From IMG/VR virus record IMGVR_UViG_2833778570_000001, positions 14,239-78,238 of that record: a stretch of 64,000 nucleotides of DNA, one strand, 5' to 3'. The notes under the pieces are model-generated. The model saw only the letters and a list, made by a program, of their open reading frames with translations. It was not told the origin of the DNA and did not search any database. This document shows positions 1 through 9,291 of the stretch, piece after piece. Source of the stretch: a virus. Its lineage: Duplodnaviria > Caudoviricetes. Position 1 is the stretch's first letter; each line of letters starts with the position of its first letter. The translations under genes were made by a program, and so were the position numbers.

Positions 1-1
1 T

Positions 2-547
2 CCCAACCAGCAGGGCCTCGCCATCCAGGCGATGACGGACGTCTCACGGTACGTCAACGGCGTCCTGCCACCCCCGCCTCGGCTTGAAACCCCCGTGAAG
101 GAGTTCCGGGGGAGGGTGTTCAACTTCCCGATTTCCGTCACCGTCGCCTCGCGCCTTGGCGACCAGGTTCGCCCGCTCACGCCCGCGCACATCGAGGCCG
201 TCATCCCTCCACGAGAGACGGTGGAGCTTCGCGCGACAGTCGTGGGCGTCGGTGGCGCCAACACGACCTCCGCCCGGTTCGCGTCGAAGTCCGAGCGCAG
301 GGTACTTAGCCTGCGGACGGACGTGCCCACCGCGCAGAAGCTGGCGCACTTCCTCTACTCAGAGGTCGACATCACGGCGACGGTGCAGCGCGACGAGCAC
401 GGCCTCATCCACAGCGGTGTGCTGGATGGTTTCAGCGGCCTCACCAGCGCGCCCGACCAGCTCAAGGTGTGGCGCGAGTGGTTCCGTGAGGTGGGCGGTG
501 ACTGGAACGACATCGACGATGTCGAGCAGGAGCTGCAGCGTGTATGA
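2..547 (+). CDS. hypothetical protein, probably 5'-truncated by window edge; possible partner/antitoxin of the downstream PIN protein
   Basis: Frame is open from base 2; acidic C-terminus WREWFREVGGDWNDIDDVEQEL; stop overlaps the start of the PIN gene. Confidence 0.6.
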   Translation, partial: PNQQGLAIQAMTDVSRYVNGVLPPPPRLETPVKEFRGRVFNFPISVTVASRLGDQVRPLTPAHIEAVIPPRETVELRATVVGVGGANTTSARFASKSERRVLSLRTDVPTAQKLAHFLYSEVDITATVQRDEHGLIHSGVLDGFSGLTSAPDQLKVWREWFREVGGDWNDIDDVEQELQRV

Positions 548-1133
548 CGTGAAGAAGCTCCCGAGGCGCGCCCTGTGTGACACGGGCTTCTGGATTCGTG
601 CGCTTGGAGACCGGCCGAAGGACCCGCGCTCACCCCAGGCTGAAGCCTTCTTCAAGGCGATGGCGGACAACGGCCGTGAGATGCTCCTGCCGGCGCCGTG
701 CCTCGCGGAATTGATTCGCGGCAAGCCGGCCCTGACAATCCCGAGCACGCCCTCGGTCATCGTGGTGGGCTTCGACAGGATTGCGGCGATGGAGTTGGGC
801 AAGAGATTTCCCGCCTCCTTCATCAAGCAGCAGAAGGTGAAGTCGGGGTACGAAAAGGGCTACATCCAGTTCGACGCGATGATTGTGGCGTGTGCCATCC
901 GCCACAATGCCGAGTGCATCATCACCTTCGACAACCCGATGAAGGAGCTGGACTACGGCCCCGAAGTGCAGATGCTGTTCCGCAACGTTCGCGACTTCCA
1001 GCTCCCGCTGATGGCCTCCATCAACAAGTCCCAGGAGGCGGAGTCGGCGGCACCCGAGGACACTTCCCAGTCCACCGAGCGCTACGAAGAACTTGAGCCG
1101 GGACTCGGCGTCCGCAAGCTTGACCTCTCCTGA
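540..1133 (+). CDS. PIN-domain (VapC-like) ribonuclease
   Basis: Motifs LCDTGFW, LAELIRG, FDAMIVACA, IITFD match the PIN acidic residues; GTG at 540 with AGGAG 7 nt upstream. Confidence 0.8.
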   Translation: MYDVKKLPRRALCDTGFWIRALGDRPKDPRSPQAEAFFKAMADNGREMLLPAPCLAELIRGKPALTIPSTPSVIVVGFDRIAAMELGKRFPASFIKQQKVKSGYEKGYIQFDAMIVACAIRHNAECIITFDNPMKELDYGPEVQMLFRNVRDFQLPLMASINKSQEAESAAPEDTSQSTERYEELEPGLGVRKLDLS

Positions 1134-1286
1134 CTGGAAGTCGGGCTACGCCATGTGCTTCCACGTGAGGCGCTGGACGATGCGGCGGACGTTCGCGGAC
1201 GTCACGCCGAGTTCCCGGGCGAAGTGCAGACGGGCTGATGCTCGACTAGGCGTCAGGGCCCCGTTGACGTGAGGCAGATGGGGGCG

Positions 1287-1610
1287 TCAGCGCCTGGGCA
1301 TGAGCGGCGCGATGTCGATGTGGGCGGCCGTCTCCTGTTCTATCTTTTTCACCCGCTCCTCCGCTGAGGGGAGATCAATGCCGACGCTCCGGGCCGCCAT
1401 CAGGTATTCCTGCACGCTCAGGCCCGCTACAACGCGGGCGACAGCGAGGGCGTCAGACCCATCCGGAACCTTCGGGTCGCTCTCCAGGCGCCGGCAGAGC
1501 TCCAGGTCCGCGCGTAGCTCATCCCTGGCGCGACGGAGCCACTCTTGCCGGTTTTCCTGCATCTGAGACGTGTTCGACATGGCTGGGTGTCCTTTCGACG
1601 TGTTCGACAT
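1287..1610 (-). CDS. hypothetical protein (107 aa; alternative in-frame start at 1580)
   Basis: ORF track; GAAAGGA RBS plus ATG duplicated by a 30-bp tandem repeat. Confidence 0.6.
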   Translation of the reverse strand: MSNTSKGHPAMSNTSQMQENRQEWLRRARDELRADLELCRRLESDPKVPDGSDALAVARVVAGLSVQEYLMAARSVGIDLPSAEERVKKIEQETAAHIDIAPLMPRR

Positions 1611-1626
1611 GGCTGGGTGTCCTTTC
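1567..1626. repeat. perfect 30-bp tandem duplication spanning RBS and start codon
   Basis: gacgtgttcgacatggctgggtgtcctttc x2 (1567-1596, 1597-1626). Confidence 0.95.
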
Positions 1627-1696
1627 GGGAGGTGAAGCCCCAGCAACGCACGCCCGTAGCGGCCGGGCAACCGGTCGCATCCAGCGCTCCCGGCCG

Positions 1697-2169
1697 GCCC
1701 TACCGCTTCTTCTTCTCCCGGGCGGCGATGGCTTCCGCAATGAGCGCCGCCATCATGGCACGTGCTTCCACGTGAGGCGCTGGATGATGCAGCGGGGTTA
1801 GTCTTCTCCCTCGGCCAGCTTCACGTAGTAGCTGAAGAGGCGCTCTGCGAGGCGCATGAGTTCCTCGCTGGACATCGCGTTGAGCGTTGCCGCGATGGAA
1901 CCCTCGTTCTGCTTGCCCGCGATGCGCGTCGCGTCCTGCTGGATGGCGTGGGCCTCCGGCCAGAGGTCCGGCGGATGGTGCTGCGGATCGTCCGCGAAGC
2001 CGAACTCCAGGATGGCGGCACTGAGGCGGTCGCGAAGCGGCGCGTCCATCGTCGCGAGAAGTTCAACAGCGTACCGCGTCTTCGAAAGGCCGTGAGCGTG
2101 CATTGGATCGAAGGTCATGCGCGCACTATAGCCCGCCCTACCGATTCCTCTTCTCCCGGGCGGCGATGG
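1697..2169. repeat. 35-bp direct repeat A (1697-1731 and 2135-2169, 2 mismatches)
   Basis: gccctaccg(c/a)ttc(t/c)tcttctcccgggcggcgatgg; minus strand encodes IAAREKxxR-stop. Confidence 0.9.
1798..2118 (-). CDS. hypothetical protein (106 aa)
   Basis: ORF track; natural-looking amphipathic helical composition. Confidence 0.55.
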   Translation of the reverse strand: MTFDPMHAHGLSKTRYAVELLATMDAPLRDRLSAAILEFGFADDPQHHPPDLWPEAHAIQQDATRIAGKQNEGSIAATLNAMSSEELMRLAERLFSYYVKLAEGED

Positions 2170-2172
2170 TGC

Positions 2173-2855
2173 TCAGGGCTGGCGCCGGATGCTGGCCGGC
2201 TGCTTCTTCGCACCCTGCACCGGCGCGTAGCAGCCGCCCTTGTGCTCGACGGAGTTCTTCGGGCACGGCGGCGAGTCCTTCAGTTCCAGCCAGCATCCGC
2301 CGTTGATCTCGCGCGAGGGCGACTGACAAGGCGGCTTGGCCTGCCCCTCCAGCGGACCGTCCGGCATGCTGAGGCGGCGCTCGATGGTCTGCGCACGCAG
2401 GGTGGACGCGCCGGCAATCATGTTCGCCATCACCACGTCGCCCACGGTGGCGGGCACGTACTCCACCAGCGGCGCGGGCTCGGCGGGGGCGGCTTCGGCG
2501 CGCTCACCTGGACGGCTAGGAGGACGCCAGCAGCTGCTAGCGAGACGGCCGCGAGGAGGCGTAGGCTACGCCCACCGCGAGCAGGTGCTGGGGTGGGCTC
2601 CAACTGGAGGCGCGGCGCCACCGGAGCGCGGCCCGACAGCAGGTGCGCCAGCTTCCGGGGTGTCCCTAGCGCCGCCTGTACCGCGTCCGCGATGTCCTCC
2701 GTCACGTCGGCCACTTCCTCCACGTCGCTGGCGGGCGCCGCCGGGCAGGACTCCATCTCCAGGGCGATGAGGGCGGGGGAGGAGAACGTGCGGACGCGCA
2801 GTTCCAGGTCCACCTGGGGCGCCAGGTCCGTCCTCGCCTGTGGGCACCAGGACAA
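2173..2855 (-). pseudogene. frameshifted membrane-anchored protein with the Cys-rich C-terminal domain seen on myxobacterial Ser/Thr kinases (start uncertain)
   Basis: TM segment LRLLAAVSLAAAGVLLAV in one frame; PLEGQAKPPC..EINGGCW..PPCP..EHKGGCYAPV in another frame closed by an upstream TAG near 2563; frame switch near 2490-2510. Confidence 0.55.
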
Positions 2856-3042
2856 GGCTGGGCGCCCCTGTCTCCTCGTGGCGGGCCTCGTTGAGCCGGC
2901 TGCGGCTCCCCTGCCTGCAGACGCCTTCCGCAACGGTGCCCAGACGCAGCAGGTAGCAAGCCTGTTCTCGGCATGCGTCCTGCTCTTGGCCTGCGCTCTC
3001 GCGCCGAACGCCTTCGCTCCGGCGCGCCACCCAGGACACCTC

Positions 3043-3981
3043 TTGAGCCCGCGCCTCCACTCTTCCCCGCCCCGCTTCGCCCTCCTTCTTCTCGTTGCCG
3101 TGGCAGCCCTGCGATGCGGCCCGTCCGAGGACCTGGACGAGGGTCCGCCCACGCGGCCTCCTGTCTCGCAGGACGGAGGCTCCTCGGACGGCGGAGCGAG
3201 CCAGGTGGACAGCGGCATGCCCATTCAGGACGGGGGTTCCACGCCTCGTGATAGCGGGAGCGACCCTATCTGCACTCCTTCCTGCTCCAGCAGATCCTGC
3301 GGACCGGATGGCTGTGGCAGGACGTGCGGGACGTGCCGGAGCGGCACCACGTGCAGCGGCGGCAGCTGCGTCTGCGTCCCCCAGTGCAACGGCAAGACGT
3401 GCGGCTCGGATGGATGTGGCGGCACCTGCGGCACCTGCCCCGCCAACGCCACCTGCAGCGCCGCAGGCGACTCCTGCGCGTGCGCGCCGGGCTACGTGCC
3501 CAACCAAGCGCACAACGGCTGCGTCCGCGTCGGCGGGGCCTGCGAGGGCGTCAGCCAATACGGCTACTGCTCCGGCGACACCTGGGTGCGCTGCGACGCG
3601 CAGGAGGGCATCGTCACCATGGAGTGCGGCCCGGGCCGGTGCAAGCGGCTCGACTCCGCCGGCACCGGCGCCTGCACCTGCGGCAGCATCGACGCCAACG
3701 GCGTATGCGCTACAGCCTCCGGCGCAAGCGCCGCGACGCCCCGCGTCCACTTCACCTGCGCGACGAGCGCGGGGGTGCTCCTCGCCAGCAACTGCACTGT
3801 GGAGACAGGCTCCTCCGCGGGCTTCTGCTCCACTTTCGTGACGGCGTACGGCAACCAGACGTCATGTTTCTGCGGAACTTGCTCTGTCCCTGGGCGCAAC
3901 AACCAGTGCGGCTCGCTGTGTGGCAAACCGTCGGACTGCCGCTACTACTCTCAGGGCAACTTCCACACCTGCGGCTTCTGA
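3043..3981 (+). CDS. Cys-rich repeat lipoprotein (myxobacterial type)
   Basis: Hydrophobic signal ending ALRC, low-complexity linker, repeats CTPSCSSRSCGPDGCGRTCGTC / CVPQCNGKTCGSDGCGGTCGTC; TTG start inferred. Confidence 0.75.
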   Translation: MSPRLHSSPPRFALLLLVAVAALRCGPSEDLDEGPPTRPPVSQDGGSSDGGASQVDSGMPIQDGGSTPRDSGSDPICTPSCSSRSCGPDGCGRTCGTCRSGTTCSGGSCVCVPQCNGKTCGSDGCGGTCGTCPANATCSAAGDSCACAPGYVPNQAHNGCVRVGGACEGVSQYGYCSGDTWVRCDAQEGIVTMECGPGRCKRLDSAGTGACTCGSIDANGVCATASGASAATPRVHFTCATSAGVLLASNCTVETGSSAGFCSTFVTAYGNQTSCFCGTCSVPGRNNQCGSLCGKPSDCRYYSQGNFHTCGF

Positions 3982-4271
3982 CCTTCCATGAGTTCGGCGG
4001 CCTCCGTAACAGGCTCTTGGGGGAAGGCATCCCCCACGAGGATGCCGCCCTTGCCTGGCAGACGTCTGATGCGAGCCGGGCGCCTGCCACGCCAAGCGCC
4101 CGGCCAATTTCAACGGTCTCGGATTTGGACCTATGAGTGACGGTCTTGTTGCCCCAACTGACCTTCCCCAAGCACGGCATGGCTGCTCTTCATCAGGGGT
4201 AGGGCCGACTTCAACTCCTGAGTCCTGACGCGCGTCGCTCTGCATCAGCCTGTCGCAGGCGCCGACTCAAC

Positions 4272-6647
4272 CTAGTTGTTGAATCCAATGGCGCCGCGTG
4301 TCTGCACAGGTATCGTTTTCCAACTCCCGGCTGCTCCAGTGCCCAACTGCCCACTGTAGTTCGTTCCCCAGGCCCAGATGGTGCCGTCTGACTTCCGCGC
4401 GATGGAATGGTCGTTTCCGGCTGCGACGCCAACAACTCCGGTGAGTCCCTGCACTTGCACGGGGGTCAGGCGGTTCGTCGTTGTTCCATCACCAAGCTGG
4501 CCTCTATCGTTGTAGCCCCAGGCCCAAACGGTTCCGTCGGATTTGACCGCCAAGGAATGAGCTGTGCCAGCCGCTATGGCGACAACGTCGGTGAGTCCTG
4601 GAATCCGAACAGCATCGTGCGAATCCGTTGTCGTCCCTATGCCCAGTTGGCCGGACGAATTAGAGCCACAGGCAATAACTGTTCGGTCGGGCATTAATGC
4701 CAATGTGTGCAACGTGCCTGCCGAGATCGCCGTACTTGCCGTCAGCGCCCAAACCCTGACGGGCACGGCGCTATATTGTCCAATCATGTAGCTGCAAAGC
4801 TGACCATCTAGATTGTAGCCCCAGGCAAATACGGTCCCGTCGGTCTTTTGGGCAAAAGAAAAATAGCCGCCGACGGTGATGGAGCGCACGCCCGTGAGTC
4901 CGGGAACCATCATGGGGGTGTAGCGACTTGCGGATGGCTCATCGCCCAGTTGGCCGAAGCCGTTGTCGCCCCATAGCCAGACCGTCCCGTCGTCTTTGAG
5001 CGCTGCCGTATGATCGCGCTGGGATGCGATGGCTATAATGTTTGTGAGGCCCTGGACTGGCTGTGCAGTGGTGTTTCCCGTCCCTCCGTTCCCCTGCTGA
5101 CCGTAATAGTTCGGCCCCCAAGTCCATACCGTTCCGTCATTCTTCAATACAGCGTTGTGCCTTTCTCCTGCAGCTATGGCGACTGCGTTCGTCATCCCTG
5201 GCACCTGGGCTGGATAGGGCCGATCCTCCTCAGCCCCATCGCCTAGCTGGCTGTAGTAGTTGCCTCCCCAGGCCCACACAATCCCATCCGACATCAAGGC
5301 AAGCGAATGGTTGTAACCGCCCTGCAGATTCTGGACTGATGCGGTACTGCAGGCAATGCCGGCTTGAAGTGTGAAAGACTGCGTGGCGGAGAGCCCAAGG
5401 GCGTTGAGGGCAGTAACTGTTACCGTGGGCGGAATTCCGTCGGGCAAGCAGTCGTCGGCCGTCCAGATGACTTCGCTGGTGTTGGTCGTGCTCGTGGCCG
5501 CATGCAGGGTGCCTGAGTTGGCGGCCCACGTGAAAGACAACGGGCTGCCCTGAGGATCATTCGCGCGTACACGGAAGACGACGGTGCCGTCGATAGGAGG
5601 AACCGTGGTTCTTGACTGGAAGGCGTCCAGAAATGATGGACGAATGTAGCCGGTAGTGGGAGTGCCGGTGTGGATGGTCAACTTGCGAATCCCCTGGCCG
5701 CCGCGGCCGTCCCTTACGTCAATGACGAACGTGCAGGTGCTGCTGGTGAGCGGTGCTGAAGGGGTGAAACTCGGCCTGGAGGTCGTGGCGTGCGTCCAGG
5801 AGCCGGCGCAGTTGGACGACCACTCAATACTGAGAATGTCGCCATCACTGTCGTAGGGCCAGGTGAAAAACTCGATGGGCTGCCCGACTGCAATGGCTGT
5901 GGGGATGGCCGCAATGCCATCTACGATGGGCCAGTGGTTGACCGAGATGTTGACGGCTGCGCTGCCGTTCTCTGGGGCCACCATGACGGTGACGCTGATG
6001 CCGGACAGGGTGCCCTTGGAGTTCACTACCCAGAGTCTCAATTCAACCGGGCCTGAATACGCCGGTGCCGTCCAACTAGTCGTGAGGCTGAAAGGGTCAC
6101 TGAAAGTGCCTGCGTCGGCACCCCATTCGTATGTGAGTGTATCGCCCGGATTGGTGGAGTCGGCGACAGCTTGTAGTTCTATTTGTCCTCCATGCGCCAC
6201 GGTTCCGGCGCTGGCGACAAGGGAGAGGATACGGGGCGCGGTGTCCTCTGCGGGAAGTGGCGGATTCGCTTCCTGAAGCATGAGGGTAATGGCGGTCGTC
6301 TGGCCAGCCACGACTGCCACGTCCGTTGCTTGGCCCAGATAGAGCAGGGTATTGGAGTTGTCGAAGGCCATCGCGCTGAAGGTGCGTGAGTTGCCCGCAG
6401 GCAGATTTCCCAGTACCCCACCCCACTGGCCGCCCGTCTTCACCAGGGCATCGATGCGCGTCGTCATGCCCGGGCCAGATGTGATGAGATCCACCCGGGT
6501 GATGTCGCCGGCGCTCAGCGTCTGGGGCAGTGACACCACGGCTTGGGCGCTGCCCTCCTGCACTGCCGGGGCAGTGCTGCACCCGGATAGGGCCAGCACC
6601 ACGCCTATGGCCAGCAGTGCCAGCCTTCTTCGCTTCTCACTTTTCAT
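4272..6647 (-). CDS. RCC1-repeat lipoprotein with Ig/PKD-like domains
   Basis: Start MKSEKRRRLALLAIGVVLALSGC (lipobox); multiple HSLA.KSDGTVWAWG.N..GQLG RCC1 repeats. Confidence 0.9.
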   Translation of the reverse strand: MKSEKRRRLALLAIGVVLALSGCSTAPAVQEGSAQAVVSLPQTLSAGDITRVDLITSGPGMTTRIDALVKTGGQWGGVLGNLPAGNSRTFSAMAFDNSNTLLYLGQATDVAVVAGQTTAITLMLQEANPPLPAEDTAPRILSLVASAGTVAHGGQIELQAVADSTNPGDTLTYEWGADAGTFSDPFSLTTSWTAPAYSGPVELRLWVVNSKGTLSGISVTVMVAPENGSAAVNISVNHWPIVDGIAAIPTAIAVGQPIEFFTWPYDSDGDILSIEWSSNCAGSWTHATTSRPSFTPSAPLTSSTCTFVIDVRDGRGGQGIRKLTIHTGTPTTGYIRPSFLDAFQSRTTVPPIDGTVVFRVRANDPQGSPLSFTWAANSGTLHAATSTTNTSEVIWTADDCLPDGIPPTVTVTALNALGLSATQSFTLQAGIACSTASVQNLQGGYNHSLALMSDGIVWAWGGNYYSQLGDGAEEDRPYPAQVPGMTNAVAIAAGERHNAVLKNDGTVWTWGPNYYGQQGNGGTGNTTAQPVQGLTNIIAIASQRDHTAALKDDGTVWLWGDNGFGQLGDEPSASRYTPMMVPGLTGVRSITVGGYFSFAQKTDGTVFAWGYNLDGQLCSYMIGQYSAVPVRVWALTASTAISAGTLHTLALMPDRTVIACGSNSSGQLGIGTTTDSHDAVRIPGLTDVVAIAAGTAHSLAVKSDGTVWAWGYNDRGQLGDGTTTNRLTPVQVQGLTGVVGVAAGNDHSIARKSDGTIWAWGTNYSGQLGTGAAGSWKTIPVQTRGAIGFNN

Positions 6648-7098
6648 GGACGACTCCAGCGCGTGGGACGGGGCCTTCCGCCAGCGAGCAGGCCCTTCCG
6701 GCCACGCCCCCGGTGGACCACCGGCGGAAGGTGAGCCGAACTCTATGGGGAGTCGCTTGCTCCACGCGCCTGGGTCACCCTCGCGTCGGGGGAAGTCGTT
6801 GGAGACTTCGTGCACGCCGCCCCTTCTTGTCGTCCAGGAGGGCAATTGTGCGGCGACAGCTGTCGCGCTCTCGCGCGGTTCGGGCATTCGTCGAGAGCCC
6901 ACTGCACGTCGTCTGATCATGGCCTGAGACTTCCGGCCGGGCGCCGAAGACGTCCCGCTTCCAGAGCTGCGGATTGACGGCCCAGCCTCCGTGGACGGCC
7001 GTCCCGGACACCGGATGGGGCAGTGCCCCCGCTCCAGAGGGAATGACCAGGGCACACGCGCTGCACAGCTCCGGAGGGACACGCCGCACGGAGCCAGC

Positions 7099-8136
7099 AT
7101 GGACCCCATCTCACGCAGCCGCACCGCTCTCCTCCCCACCACCTACCGCGAGCCCGCTGAGCAGCCCCAGCGCTCCACGCCGAAGCCCAAGGTCCTGGAG
7201 AGGGCAATCAACACCATCGACGCCTTCACCCCGCACACGCCCACCCAGAAGGCGCTCGTCGACCAGGCCCGCCGCGCGACGTCGCCCACGGCCATCACCA
7301 TCCGCTCGCCGGCCGAGGGCCTGACGCAGGCGGAGAGCGAGCCGCGAGTCTCCGCTCAGGGAATCTTCGGGGACATCGGCAAGGGGCTGTCGAAGCTCGG
7401 GGACCGAGTGCTGGACGGCGTGGCGGGCATTGGCAAGGGCATCTACGACAGCGTCAAGGGCACCCTGAAGAACACCTGGGAGATGGCGGAGACGGCCGGC
7501 AAGGGCCTCGCCAACATCTTCACCGGCCGCTTCAAGGAGGGCTTTGCGCAGCTCGGCTTGAGCGTGCTGAAGGGCATCCAGACACCGACGGACGGGCTGC
7601 TGCGCCTCGGCGGGAGTGTTCTCAGCGCCATTCAGACGATGCTCTTCATCGAGCCCGCCAGCCGCAAGCTGACGGGCGACGAGCTGGCGGCGCTGCACAA
7701 GGTGTACGGGGACTCCATCGACTACACGCGCATCGAGATCAAGGAGGGCAACGCGGGCCTCCTCACCATCGGCGGGCGCCCTTTCACCCACGGCGACACC
7801 ATCTACATCCCGAAGGACTCGCTCCCTCTGACGCCGGAGCTGCTCGTCCACGAGACGGCCCACGTGTGGCAACACCAGAACGGGGGCAACGACTACATGA
7901 GCGAGGCGTTGGTGGCGCAGCTCTTCGGCGACGGCTACAACCTCGGGAAGGCCCTCCGGCAAGGCAAGTCGTGGGAGGAGATGAACCCGGAGCAGCAAGC
8001 GGAGTTCATCGAGTTGGCCTTCGGCCAGGGCTGCTTTGAAGAGCCGCCTGCGCCGTTCAAGATCGACGGCAGGGACTACACCCAGCAGTTCGAGGCCGCG
8101 AAGGAGTCCCTCCGCGCCGGCCAGGGAGCACCGTGA
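7099..8136 (+). CDS. DUF4157/eCIS-core-like HExxH zinc metallopeptidase-domain protein
   Basis: RPFTHGDTIY..LLVHETAHVWQHQNGG..NPEQQAE motif set. Confidence 0.75.
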   Translation: MDPISRSRTALLPTTYREPAEQPQRSTPKPKVLERAINTIDAFTPHTPTQKALVDQARRATSPTAITIRSPAEGLTQAESEPRVSAQGIFGDIGKGLSKLGDRVLDGVAGIGKGIYDSVKGTLKNTWEMAETAGKGLANIFTGRFKEGFAQLGLSVLKGIQTPTDGLLRLGGSVLSAIQTMLFIEPASRKLTGDELAALHKVYGDSIDYTRIEIKEGNAGLLTIGGRPFTHGDTIYIPKDSLPLTPELLVHETAHVWQHQNGGNDYMSEALVAQLFGDGYNLGKALRQGKSWEEMNPEQQAEFIELAFGQGCFEEPPAPFKIDGRDYTQQFEAAKESLRAGQGAP

Positions 8137-8549
8137 CCATGCGCCTCCATCGAATCCTGCCGCTCGCGCTCGTCCTCCTCCAGGTGGCCTTCCTCACCGC
8201 CTGCCAGCCGCCCCTGGAGGTTGCACTCGCATCGAGCAGCGAGCGCCTGCCGAGCCCCACGTTCCTGATTGAGGAGCCGTCCCAGGATGGCGGCCCTCCG
8301 CGGTACGACGTCATCCGCGTGGTGACCGAAGAGGGGAAGACGGTGTGGCACGTGCGCGCGCTCTCCTTCGGCGGGACGCGCGGACACCGCGTCGTCTACG
8401 GCGAGGTGCCGGACGGCTTCGAGACGGTGGAGCCCGTCCAGCCGCTGCAAGCGGGGCGGCTCTACAGCATCGGGGTCTCGGGTGAGGGCTCCGGTGCGTT
8501 GCGCTTCGTCACCGGGCAGGACGGCAGCGTCCGCCCCGAGAAGGAGTAG
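8133..8549 (+). CDS. lipoprotein, coupled to the upstream peptidase-domain gene
   Basis: Lipobox FLTAC; overlapping stop/start. Confidence 0.75.
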   Translation: MTMRLHRILPLALVLLQVAFLTACQPPLEVALASSSERLPSPTFLIEEPSQDGGPPRYDVIRVVTEEGKTVWHVRALSFGGTRGHRVVYGEVPDGFETVEPVQPLQAGRLYSIGVSGEGSGALRFVTGQDGSVRPEKE

Positions 8550-8639
8550 CGCTCAGGTCGTCCCGCGCGCCCTACCCAACAGGGCGCTCCATCAGCCGCG
8601 ACTTAACTAGCAGCTTTGACCGTGCTGTCATGGATTGCC

Positions 8640-9281
8640 ATGACAGCTGCTTTCACCTTCCGCTGCCTCGCGAGCGCTGCCGCGCTTCTCTCTCTCGTCG
8701 GGTGCGGCTCGGCCACCATCGGCGGGGGCGGCAGCCCGGCGCGCGCGAAGTGGGTCGGGTCCGTCGTCAGGACACCAGACGGCGGGCAGCTCCGCACGAC
8801 CATCTACTACGGGCCCTGGCAGTGCAGCGCCGCGTTCCTGTCCCGGTGCGAGTCGAAGTGCTCGGCACAGGGGCTCCCCCTCATGGGCTGCATCTGGCTG
8901 GCCGACATCAAGGGCGACTGGCAGGGCCGCTACCTCTTCATGCCCGCAGAGGCCGGGGGCCGCCTCGCCATCACCCACTGCTGCTGCGACTACCCGGCCG
9001 TGCCTGACGGCGAGGCGCAGCGGAGAATTTGGGAGCGCGGTCGCACGGCCTTCCGGCGCGACTGGAGCACCGAGTTCGGCGACTGGCCGAAGACGGGCAA
9101 GACGAGCTGGCCCGGCCACCACATCTACGACCTGCTGCACGGAGGCCCTCCGCTCGCTGCGGGCAACATCCTCCCTGTCCCGCCCGACGTACACCTCGAC
9201 TTCAACAGCGCCTACCCCGCCTGCTACGCCCCCAGGGGAAAGTGGCTGGCACCAGGCCCTGAGCGGCCCTACGTGGACTGA
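8640..9281 (+). CDS. lipoprotein toxin with C-terminal HNH-type nuclease (SitA-like)
   Basis: Lipobox LVGC; Cys-rich TIYYGPWQC..C..KC..GCIWLADIK region; WPGHHIYDLLHGG..NILPVPPDVH; followed by an SMI1/KNR4 gene. Confidence 0.75.
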   Translation: MTAAFTFRCLASAAALLSLVGCGSATIGGGGSPARAKWVGSVVRTPDGGQLRTTIYYGPWQCSAAFLSRCESKCSAQGLPLMGCIWLADIKGDWQGRYLFMPAEAGGRLAITHCCCDYPAVPDGEAQRRIWERGRTAFRRDWSTEFGDWPKTGKTSWPGHHIYDLLHGGPPLAAGNILPVPPDVHLDFNSAYPACYAPRGKWLAPGPERPYVD

Positions 9282-9291
9282 GGGCGCCATC

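Larger units (their letters stand above)
1155..1795. repeat. 34-bp direct repeat B (1155-1188 and 1762-1795, 2 mismatches)
   Basis: gtgcttccacgtgaggcgctgga(c/t)gatgc(g/a)gcgg; minus strand encodes IxQRLTWKH. Confidence 0.9.

Noticed and set aside
1762-3042. N-terminal 430 aa of the 739-aa ORF 1762-3981
   Set aside because: Antisense shadow of minus-strand genes; the real lipoprotein signal begins near 3043
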